This document shows positions 56,559 through 64,000 of a stretch of DNA of 64,000 bases, in pieces. The stretch is from Mycobacterium sp. (GTDB taxonomy: Bacteria; Actinomycetota; Actinomycetes; Mycobacteriales; Mycobacteriaceae): NCBI GenBank assembly GCA_035552295.1, contig DASZLQ010000006.1, forward strand, positions 3,735 to 67,734. The letters are read 5' to 3'. The notes below the pieces were generated by a model, which had not been told where the DNA came from, made no database searches, and saw only the letters and a program-made list of their open reading frames with translations. Every line of letters begins with the position of its first letter. The first letter of the stretch is position 1. The translations under genes and the position numbers were made by a program.

Positions 56559-57731
56559 TTGCCGGTGAACAGTGCACGCAATGACGAAGAAGACATGCTG
56601 GTCGCCACGGTACGGGCGTTCATCGACCGTGATGTCAAACCGACGGTCCGCGAGGTCGAGCACGCCAACACCTACCCCGATGCGTGGATCGAGCAGATGA
56701 AGCGGATCGGCGTCTACGGCCTGGCCGTTCCCGAGGAATACGGTGGGTCGCCGGTGTCGATGCCGTGTTATGTGCGAGTCACCGAAGAGCTGGCGCGCGG
56801 CTGGATGAGCCTGGCCGGCGCGATGGGCGGCCACACCGTGGTGGCCAGGCTGCTGACGCTGTTCGGCACCGAGCAGCAAAAGCGGGCCTACCTGCCACCG
56901 ATGGCTACCGGCGAGCTGCGGGCCACCATGGCGCTGACCGAACCGGGCGGTGGCTCCGACCTGCAGAACATCTCGACCACCGCATTACCGGACGGCCCAG
57001 AAAGCTCTGCCGCTTTGGTGATCAACGGCTCCAAGACCTGGATCAGCAATGCGCGCCGGTCCGGGCTGATCGCGCTGTTGTGCAAGACCGACCCGAACGC
57101 CACGCCGCGGCACAAAGGCATCTCGATCGCGCTCGTCGAGCACGGGCCGGGGTTGTCGGTGTCGCGGGATCTGCCCAAGTTGGGCTACAAGGGCGTCGAG
57201 TCCTGTGAGCTGTCGTTCGATAACTACCGACTGCCGGCGACCGCAATTCTGGGCGGCCGCACGGGCGAGGGCTTTTCGCAAATGATGAAAGGACTCGAGA
57301 CGGGCCGCATCCAGGTAGCTGCGCGGGCCCTGGGTGTGGCGACGGCGGCGCTCGAGGACGCACTGGCGTATGCACAGCAGCGGGAGAGTTTCGGCCTGCC
57401 GATTTGGCAGCATCAGGCCGTCGGCAACTACCTCGCCGACATGGCGACCAAACTCACCGCCGCCCGTCAGCTCACCCGCTATGCCGCCGAGCGCTACGAC
57501 GGCGGCGAACGTTGCGATATGGAAGCCGGGATGGCCAAGCTGTTCGCCTCCGAGGTCGCGATGGAGATCGCCCTGAACGCCGTGCGCATCCACGGCGGCT
57601 ACGGCTACTCCACCGAATACGACGTCGAGCGATACTTCCGCGACGCGCCTCTGATGATCGTCGGCGAAGGCACCAATGAGATCCAGCGCAACGTGATCGC
57701 CGGGCAGCTGGTCGCCCGAGGCGGGATCTGA
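56559..57731 (+). CDS. fadE3: Acyl-CoA dehydrogenase FadE3
   Basis: LTEPGGGSD, GSKTWISN, HGGYGY, GEGTNEIQ; synteny with Rv0215c. Confidence 0.88.
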   Translation: MPVNSARNDEEDMLVATVRAFIDRDVKPTVREVEHANTYPDAWIEQMKRIGVYGLAVPEEYGGSPVSMPCYVRVTEELARGWMSLAGAMGGHTVVARLLTLFGTEQQKRAYLPPMATGELRATMALTEPGGGSDLQNISTTALPDGPESSAALVINGSKTWISNARRSGLIALLCKTDPNATPRHKGISIALVEHGPGLSVSRDLPKLGYKGVESCELSFDNYRLPATAILGGRTGEGFSQMMKGLETGRIQVAARALGVATAALEDALAYAQQRESFGLPIWQHQAVGNYLADMATKLTAARQLTRYAAERYDGGERCDMEAGMAKLFASEVAMEIALNAVRIHGGYGYSTEYDVERYFRDAPLMIVGEGTNEIQRNVIAGQLVARGGI

Positions 57732-57848
57732 AGGGAGGGAATCGAAATCTCACGGCCTGACGTCGATGTGTGCTGTATATTTGCCTGACTTCGCACACCA
57801 GCAAAGTCTGTTGGGACCGGAGGGAACCCACACCGAAAGGGCGTTGCC

Positions 57849-58316
57849 ATGAGTTATCCCCCAGGGCCGTACGAGGGTTCCCCAGAATGGCAGGGCCAGC
57901 AGCAGCCGGGTTGGCCAGGCCAGCAGCCGGATTGGCAAGGCCAGCAGCCCGGTTGGCCAGGCCAGCAGCCGGGTTGGCAGGGCCAGCAACCGGGCTGGCC
58001 GGGCCAGCAACCGGGTTGGCCGGGCCAGCGAGAGCCGGACAACTACCTCGTCTGGGCGATTCTGACCACGGTCCTGTGCTGTCTTCCGCTGGGCATCGTG
58101 TCGATCGTCTACTCCACCAAGGTCTCTGGGTTGTGGGCTCAAGGACGGTACGCCGAGGCCCAGACCGCGGCCGATAATGCTAAGAAGTGGGCGATCATCG
58201 CTGCGATCGTGGGCGCCGTCATCGGGGTCATCGGTGCGATGTTGTACTTCTTCATCTTCGCGGTGGCCATTTCCAACCTGCCCTCGACGACCACGACAAC
58301 GTTTTCGGGCTACTGA
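57849..58316 (+). CDS. CD225/dispanin (IFITM-like) membrane protein with N-terminal repeat
   Basis: PDNYLVWAILTTVLCCLPLGIVSIVYS...A..A...AKKW; GAAAGG RBS. Confidence 0.9.
   Translation: MSYPPGPYEGSPEWQGQQQPGWPGQQPDWQGQQPGWPGQQPGWQGQQPGWPGQQPGWPGQREPDNYLVWAILTTVLCCLPLGIVSIVYSTKVSGLWAQGRYAEAQTAADNAKKWAIIAAIVGAVIGVIGAMLYFFIFAVAISNLPSTTTTTFSGY
57888..58030 (+). repeat. Coding tandem repeat, about 6.5 copies of a 21-bp unit (W[Q/P]GQQPG)
   Basis: TGG CAG/CCA GGC CAG CAG CCG GGT units read directly; first unit has one extra Gln. Confidence 0.9.
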
Positions 58317-59290
58317 GCAACGCCTTGGGCGCCAAGGTAAATCGCGTCCACCAGCCCCCAGTCCAGTGCGGTGTCGGCACCGACGGTTCGGCCGGAAAGC
58401 ACGAGATACGCTGTGCGCCAGCGGCCGATCCTCCGCGTGACGCTGACGGTACCGCCGGCGCCGGGGATCAGCCCGAGAGTCAATTCGGGTAATCCGAAGA
58501 CCGAATCGGCCCGCGCCTCAATCCATCCGCAAAACGCGGCCATCTCCAATCCGCTGCCCATCACCCGGCCGTGAACCTCGGCGCGGCAGGACCGGCCGAG
58601 CCTGGCGGTAAGCGCATCGAGCGCTAGGGCGGGGCTGTGCCGGGTGCGGGCCAGGTGCGCGCTCGCCGGGTCGGCGAAGGTGCCGAACTCGGCGAGGTCT
58701 CCGCCGCTGCAAAACGATGGGCCGTTGCCACTCAACACGATTCCGGTCACCGACGGATCGAGTTGCGCCACGGTCAGCGCCTCCAGCAGTGCGGCGCGCG
58801 CGTCGGTGGAAAACGCGTTATGGCGTTGCGGCCGGTTGAACCTGATGCGCACAGTGTCGCCGTCGCGCTGCGCCTGCACGGGGTCGGCGATCTCGGGCAT
58901 GCGGGCCGGGCCGCGCTCGTCGAGCCAGCGCGCGAACTCCGGACCGGCCTGCAACGTCGAGTAGGCCAACGACTCGGTCACCACCGCGGCCGGCGTCGGG
59001 CCGCCGGGGCTTACCGCGCGCAACACGTCATCGCACACGCTGCTGGCGTGCGGCCAGCGTTGACAGCGCTGCGTTAGCTCGGCCAGAGTATCCGGCACCG
59101 AATCGACGGTGACCACTCGGCGATCCGTACACGAATCCTCAGTCAGGGTGAAAGTCGCTGCGTCCAGCCGGGATCCGGACCTCGCGATATCAGCGGCCGA
59201 ACCGACGGCGACGATCACGCCCGGCGGTGACGCGGGATCGGCATCGACGCCGGCGTCCGGCGCGCTCGACAGGTCGACCACCCGCAGCAT
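58310..59290 (-). CDS. Enoyl-CoA hydratase/isomerase family protein with N-terminal extension
   Basis: FNRPQRHNAF, FCSGGDL, GLEM, PELTLGLIPGAGGT. Confidence 0.88.
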   Translation of the reverse strand: MLRVVDLSSAPDAGVDADPASPPGVIVAVGSAADIARSGSRLDAATFTLTEDSCTDRRVVTVDSVPDTLAELTQRCQRWPHASSVCDDVLRAVSPGGPTPAAVVTESLAYSTLQAGPEFARWLDERGPARMPEIADPVQAQRDGDTVRIRFNRPQRHNAFSTDARAALLEALTVAQLDPSVTGIVLSGNGPSFCSGGDLAEFGTFADPASAHLARTRHSPALALDALTARLGRSCRAEVHGRVMGSGLEMAAFCGWIEARADSVFGLPELTLGLIPGAGGTVSVTRRIGRWRTAYLVLSGRTVGADTALDWGLVDAIYLGAQGVAQ

Positions 59291-59293
59291 CGG

Positions 59294-60811
59294 TCACACC
59301 GAATACTTCTCGATCAGCCTGTTCTTGTAGAGCTTTCCGGTATCGGTGCGCGGCAGCTGCGTCTCGAACGCAATTGACCGCGGACACTTGTAGTGCGCCA
59401 GGCGGTCTCGCAGCCAGCCGAGCAGCTGATCGGCGAATTCGTCTGTGGCGTCGGCCGGGTCAACGATCTGCACCACCGCGGTGACGCGCTGGCCCATCTC
59501 ATCGTCGGGGATGCCGAACACCGCCGCGTCGAGCACCTTTGGGTGGGTGACCAGAAGATTCTCGGTCTCTTGCGGATAGATGTTCACCCCGCCGGAGATG
59601 ATCATGTGGTGGCGCCTGTCGGTCAGGAACAAGTAGCCGTCCTCGTCGAGGTAACCGACGTCACCGACGGTCACCCAGCCGTGGTTGTCGCGCGACGCAG
59701 CGGTTTTCGTCGCATCGTTGAGGTACTCGAATGAATATCCGCCTTCGAAATAGATCTCGCCGGGCTGGCCCGCGGGCAGCTCGTTGCCGTCCTCGTCGAG
59801 GATGTGTATCTCGCACGCCATGGGCTTGCCGACCGAACCCGGATGCGCCAGCCACTCCTCGGCGCTGATCAACGTCGACCCGATCGCCTCCGAGGAGGCG
59901 TAATACTCGTCGACGATCGGCCCCCACCAGTCGATCATCTGCTTCTTGATCTCCACCGGGCAGGGCGCCGCGGCGTGCATCACCCGCTGTAGGCTGGAGA
60001 GATCGTATGAATCACGAACGGCTGGAGGGAGTTTCAGCATCCGGTTGAACATGGCAGGCACGAACTGGCCGTGGGTTACCCGGTAACGCTGGATGGCGTC
60101 CAGCGTGCCCTCCGGATCGAACTTCTCCAGGACGACGGTCGTGATGCCGCCGGCCTGAGCGCTCATCGACCACACCGACGGCGCTGTGTGATAAAGCGGT
60201 GCCGGGCTCAGATAGATCGACTGGGGCGTCATCCAGAATCCCACCAGCGCGGACATCATGCCCGGCGCCTCTTCCGGTGGGACATGCGGCAATTCGCGTT
60301 TGATCCCCTTGGGGCGGCCGGTGGTGCCCGACGAGTACTGCAGCAGGTCGCCCTCGATTTCGTCGTCGATCGGGGTGTCAGGTTGATCCGCAACGCATTC
60401 CGGGTAACGCTCCCAGCCGTCGAGATCACCGTCGGCCATCATCAGCAAGCCCGGTAGCCCGCCGGGCAAACGTTGTGCCAGGCCCTCGCAGGTTTCGCGT
60501 AATGCCGCCGACCCGATGATCGCCTTGGCACTGCTGTTGTCGATGATGTAGGCCACCTCGGCCGGCGTCAGATGGGTATTGATCGGCACGTAGTACAGGC
60601 CACTGCGCCGCGCCGCCCACATGACCGCGTGGATGTGTTCGCTGTTCTCCATCAGGATCGCGACGGTGTCACCCTCGTGCAGACCCGCCTTGCGGAACCG
60701 GTGCGCCAGTCGGTTGGCACGGGCCTCCAGATCGTCAAAGGTGACGACCGTGCCCGACGGGTGCAGGATGACGGCAGGTTTGTTGGCGCCGATATGCGGG
60801 CGGATCTGCAT
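59294..60811 (-). CDS. fadD4: Fatty-acyl-CoA synthetase FadD4
   Basis: YSSGTTGRPKG, YYASSE, VGDVG, TGK; synteny with Rv0214. Confidence 0.88.
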   Translation of the reverse strand: MQIRPHIGANKPAVILHPSGTVVTFDDLEARANRLAHRFRKAGLHEGDTVAILMENSEHIHAVMWAARRSGLYYVPINTHLTPAEVAYIIDNSSAKAIIGSAALRETCEGLAQRLPGGLPGLLMMADGDLDGWERYPECVADQPDTPIDDEIEGDLLQYSSGTTGRPKGIKRELPHVPPEEAPGMMSALVGFWMTPQSIYLSPAPLYHTAPSVWSMSAQAGGITTVVLEKFDPEGTLDAIQRYRVTHGQFVPAMFNRMLKLPPAVRDSYDLSSLQRVMHAAAPCPVEIKKQMIDWWGPIVDEYYASSEAIGSTLISAEEWLAHPGSVGKPMACEIHILDEDGNELPAGQPGEIYFEGGYSFEYLNDATKTAASRDNHGWVTVGDVGYLDEDGYLFLTDRRHHMIISGGVNIYPQETENLLVTHPKVLDAAVFGIPDDEMGQRVTAVVQIVDPADATDEFADQLLGWLRDRLAHYKCPRSIAFETQLPRTDTGKLYKNRLIEKYSV

Positions 60812-60860
60812 GCGCCGACTGTATTACCCGTCCGTGGGCGTGTGGCATGGAGGTCACTAC

Positions 60861-61916
60861 TCAAGGAAGCAGCAGGGCGCTGTCGCCGAATTCGTGCCAC
60901 AGATAGCCGTGTTCGACGGCCTCGCGGTAGGCGCTGGCCACCAGGTCCGGGCCGGCGACGGCCTCCAGCAGTAACAGGTGTGAGGCGCCGGGATCGTGCC
61001 ATCCGGTGATCAAGCCGTCGACCACGCGACACGGGTGGGTCGGGCCGAGCACCAGATCCGTCCGGCCCACCGCGTGGCGCACCATGCCGTCGGGGTCTGC
61101 GGCTGATTCCAGAGCACGGGTCACCGTGGTTCCGACGGCGATCACCCTGCCGCCGGCCGCGTGCGTCGAGTTCACCAACCGCGCGGTTGCGGGCGGTACC
61201 TCGAAAAGCTCGGGAGTCGGCGGCTCGCCCGCGTCCGCCGAGGACACCCCGGCGTGCAGTGTGATCGGCGCGATCACCACCCCGCCGGCCACCAGCGCGG
61301 TCACCAATTCGGTGCTGAAAGGGCGCGCCGCACTGGGCATTTCAGCGCTTCCGGCACGCTGGGCGAACACGGTTTGGTAGTAGTGAAGCGGCCATTGCCG
61401 CGGCACGTAAGAATACCTGATTGCCCGGCCGTAGCCCGCGAGGTACGACACGACGCTGTCTTGTGGGCCTTCCACGACGACCCGCGCGGTCCACAGCCGT
61501 GCACCGTCGACCCCGGGCTCCGGGTAGGACGACTGGATGACGATCGCTGCGCCCCCGGGTAGGTCGATGCGTTCGCCGGGCCTGACGTCGGTGAGCTGTC
61601 CGGTCGCGTTCGCCGCGGGCCGGAGCTCCACCACCCAGACTTTCTCGGCACGCACCGTGGAGAAGTGGACCGCTATCGGCTGCCCCGCACGGCGGCCGTC
61701 AACGGCGGCCGGCATGGTGGCGGAATTGTTCACCACCAGCAGATCGCCCGGCCGCAGGTAGTCACCCAGGTCACCGAAGTGGACGTGGCTGACCCCGCCC
61801 GGCCGGGCGACCAGCAGCTTGACCCCATCCCGGGCCAGGCCGCGCGCTTCCGGCGGCTCGGTGGCGTCGGAACCCGGGCTCCGGTGGAAGTGAGTGTGCG
61901 GGCGCGCGAGAGTCAT
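60861..61916 (-). CDS. QueA-like protein (divergent SAM:tRNA ribosyltransferase-isomerase paralogue)
   Basis: GDLLVVNN, YQTVFA, TLH.G, VIAVGTTVTRALES and GD motifs present; several canonical motifs substituted. Confidence 0.85.
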   Translation of the reverse strand: MTLARPHTHFHRSPGSDATEPPEARGLARDGVKLLVARPGGVSHVHFGDLGDYLRPGDLLVVNNSATMPAAVDGRRAGQPIAVHFSTVRAEKVWVVELRPAANATGQLTDVRPGERIDLPGGAAIVIQSSYPEPGVDGARLWTARVVVEGPQDSVVSYLAGYGRAIRYSYVPRQWPLHYYQTVFAQRAGSAEMPSAARPFSTELVTALVAGGVVIAPITLHAGVSSADAGEPPTPELFEVPPATARLVNSTHAAGGRVIAVGTTVTRALESAADPDGMVRHAVGRTDLVLGPTHPCRVVDGLITGWHDPGASHLLLLEAVAGPDLVASAYREAVEHGYLWHEFGDSALLLP

Positions 61917-62629
61917 CGCCGCGCTCCGGATAGCGCCAGATCCGCGGCCCGGTACCGACCGGAGGCCGGCCGAGTGTCCAGGAGCCGCAACAACGCCGGC
62001 ACGACCGATTCCGGCTCGGCGCGATCGGAGATGTCCTCGCCCGGGAATGCGGCCTGGTGCATCTCGGTGCGCATGTCGCCGGGGTCGAAGGCGTAAACCG
62101 GCACCGCCGGGGCCTCGGCGGCCAGCACGGCGGATAGCTGGTCGAGGGCGGCCTTTGACGAGCCATAGCCGCCCCAGCCCGGATACGGCTCGGCGGCGGC
62201 GTCGGAGGTCAGGTTGACGACCACTCCATCGTTGTTGCTGAGCGCCGGCAGCGCCGCCTGGATCAGTGCAAGCGGGGCGAACAAGTTCGTCTGGTACACG
62301 GCTGACAACTCGGCTGCCGGATAGTCGGCAAGGACCGGTTGGGGACTGGGCCCCAGCCTGCTTGCGTTGTTCACCAGCAGGCGAAGCGGTCCGGCGTTGA
62401 TCGCTGCCCCGACCAACGAGTCACGATGGGATGCGTCGGTGACATCACCGGGTAGCACGACGAGCCGCGCTGAATTCAGCTCTGTGGCAGTGGTTTCCAG
62501 TTCGGCGGCGCGGCGGGCATCGCCCACGACGGCCCAGCCGCGGTCGAGCAGGGCGGCGGTCAGCGCTTTGCCGAAACCGCGCGCGGCGCCGGTGACGATT
62601 GCGACGGGAGAGGCGTTGGATTGAGTCAT
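61913..62629 (-). CDS. Short-chain dehydrogenase/reductase coupled to the QueA-like gene
   Basis: TGAARGFG, NNAS, YGSSK, DPGDMRT; ATGA overlap. Confidence 0.9.
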   Translation of the reverse strand: MTQSNASPVAIVTGAARGFGKALTAALLDRGWAVVGDARRAAELETTATELNSARLVVLPGDVTDASHRDSLVGAAINAGPLRLLVNNASRLGPSPQPVLADYPAAELSAVYQTNLFAPLALIQAALPALSNNDGVVVNLTSDAAAEPYPGWGGYGSSKAALDQLSAVLAAEAPAVPVYAFDPGDMRTEMHQAAFPGEDISDRAEPESVVPALLRLLDTRPASGRYRAADLALSGARR

Positions 62630-62636
62630 ACGACCC

Positions 62637-62667
62637 ATACTGATAGTTAAAGTACACTTTAAGTCAA
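62637..62667 (-). promoter_or_regulatory. SoxR/MerR-type promoter: -35 TTGACT, 19-bp spacer with palindrome TTAAAGT-GT-ACTTTAA, -10 CAGTAT
   Basis: Perfect 7-bp inverted repeat at 62647-62662; 19-bp spacer counted; ATG 7 nt after the -10 (leaderless). Confidence 0.85.
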
Positions 62668-62686
62668 GTCCGAGTGAGTAGGTTCT

Positions 62687-63169
62687 ATGGATAAGCGGGA
62701 TTTGTTCGCCGTCAGTGAGATAGCGGATCGAAGTGGCTTCGCAGCATCGGCCATCCGGTTCTACGAGAGCCAGGGTCTCATCACGGCAACGCGGACGTCC
62801 GGCGGTCAGCGCCGGTTCGAACGACAAATGTTGCGGCGCCTGGCCTTCATCCGGGCCGCCCGAAACGTCGGATTGAGCCTGGAGGAGGTCGCCGACGCCC
62901 TGGCGAAACTCCCGGACCGCCGCACCCCGACGCGGGCCGACTGGGCCGCGTTGTCGAAAGCGTGGCGCGCGCGCCTCGATGACCAAATCGCGGGTCTGAT
63001 GGCGCTCCGCGACAACCTGGACTCGTGCATCGGCTGCGGTTGCCTGTCGCTGAGGCGCTGCGCCATCTCCAATCCGGGCGACACGGCGGCAGTCGCCGGA
63101 CCGGGCGCCGTCTACCTGCCGAAGTCATTGCGGCGGCAGGCGATCACCCGCGCTGCGGGGGCCGGCTAG
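62687..63169 (+). CDS. soxR: Redox-sensitive transcriptional activator SoxR
   Basis: MerR HTH (SAIRFYE..GLI...RT.GGQRRF) and [2Fe-2S] motif CIGCGCLSLRRC. Confidence 0.95.
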   Translation: MDKRDLFAVSEIADRSGFAASAIRFYESQGLITATRTSGGQRRFERQMLRRLAFIRAARNVGLSLEEVADALAKLPDRRTPTRADWAALSKAWRARLDDQIAGLMALRDNLDSCIGCGCLSLRRCAISNPGDTAAVAGPGAVYLPKSLRRQAITRAAGAG

Positions 63170-63182
63170 AGCCCGACGGCGT

Positions 63183-64000
63183 TCAGCTCGATTCGGACAA
63201 CCGCTGCTTGAGCGCCTCGAACTCGTCCTTGACGCCGGTGGGCAGCTTGTCGCCGACGAACTCGAACCACTCTTCGATCAACGGCAGTTCCTGGCGCCAT
63301 TCGTTCGGGTCAACCGCGAGCGCGTGCTGCACGTCGTCGGCGTCGACGTCCAACCCGTCCAAGTCGAGGTCCTCGGCGGTGGGGACGATGCCGATCGGGG
63401 TGTCCCGACCGCCGGCGTTGTGCTCGATGCGGTCGACGATCCACTTCAGCACGCGGCTGTTCTCGCCGAAGCCCGGCCACAGGAACTTGCCGCCTTCCCC
63501 GCGGCGGAACCAGTTGACGAAGAACACCTTAGGCAGCTTGGACTCATCGGAGTTCTTGCCCAGGTCGAGCCAGTGCTGGAAATAGTCGCCGACGTGGTAG
63601 CCCAGGAACGGCAGCATGGCCATCGGGTCGCGGCGCACGGTGCCGACCTTGCCCTCGGCGGCGGCGGTCTGCTCGCTGCCCATCGTGGCACCCATGAACA
63701 CGCCGTGCTGCCAGTCGCGGGCCTGGGTCACCAGGGGCACCGTGGTCTTGCGGCGGGCGCCGAACAGAATGCCCGAGATCGGCACGCCCTGCGGGTCGTC
63801 CCACTCCGGCGCCAGGATCGGGCACTGCGACATCGGGGTGCAGTAGCGCGAATTCGGGTGCGCAGCTTTGGTTTCCGTCTCGCGAATAACCCAGTCCTGG
63901 CCCTTCCAGTCGATCAGGTGATCCGGCTCGCCCTCCAAGCCTTCCCACCACACCTCGTCGTCGTCGGTGAGCGCGACGTTGGTGAACACGGTGTTGCCCG
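63183..64000 (-). CDS. pckA: GTP-dependent PEP carboxykinase, C-terminal part (truncated by window edge)
   Basis: [29 protein letters not shown]. Confidence 0.95.
   Translation of the reverse strand, partial: GNTVFTNVALTDDDEVWWEGLEGEPDHLIDWKGQDWVIRETETKAAHPNSRYCTPMSQCPILAPEWDDPQGVPISGILFGARRKTTVPLVTQARDWQHGVFMGATMGSEQTAAAEGKVGTVRRDPMAMLPFLGYHVGDYFQHWLDLGKNSDESKLPKVFFVNWFRRGEGGKFLWPGFGENSRVLKWIVDRIEHNAGGRDTPIGIVPTAEDLDLDGLDVDADDVQHALAVDPNEWRQELPLIEEWFEFVGDKLPTGVKDEFEALKQRLSESS

Noticed and set aside
57888-58030. CRISPR array
   Set aside because: In-frame coding tandem repeat with no unique spacers and no cas genes
60861-61916. Canonical queA for queuosine synthesis
   Set aside because: Key motifs are substituted and no tgt is adjacent, so the gene symbol was withheld
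62630-62986. N-terminal extension of the SDR in the ORF track (similar extensions at 19028-19333, 31592-31924, 39230-39559, 40718-40972, 56508-56879)
   Set aside because: The extensions overlap neighbouring genes or promoters; downstream starts fit the family N-termini and RBS/-10 positions

Overview
High-GC mycobacterial chromosome segment, probably from a slow-growing non-tuberculous species (inferred from protein similarity and gene order). It is collinear with the M. tuberculosis Rv0242c (fabG4) to Rv0211 (pckA) interval. The backbone carries fabG4/htdX, lpqI, aftD, gabD1, R2lox (nrdB), fadE4, php, the tmaT/lmcA/Rv0226c/Rv0225/mtrP cell-envelope cluster, echA1, a WS/DGAT, lipC, lipW, fadE3, fadD4 and pckA. 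Several accessory blocks are interleaved. (1) A frameshifted ClC channel gene. (2) A ThDP enzyme resembling cyanobacterial 2-oxoglutarate decarboxylase, head-to-head with gabD1. (3) An eroding TetR-controlled SDR/LLM/F420 oxidoreductase island with three related operators, deletion scars and a compensated double frameshift. (4) An acyl-CoA ligase paired with a small desulforedoxin-like repeat protein. (5) An assimilatory nitrate/nitrite reductase operon with an uncharacterised 117-aa gene and a degraded NarK remnant. (6) A CD225 protein with a Trp/Gln/Pro/Gly heptad repeat. (7) A SoxR gene divergent from an SDR plus QueA-paralogue operon, with a SoxR-type box in a 19-bp-spacer promoter. The last block and the ThDP/gabD1 pair are the strongest candidates for undescribed biology. 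No rRNA, tRNA, CRISPR array or transposase was seen. All family and orthologue calls are from recalled motifs and gene order, not database searches.
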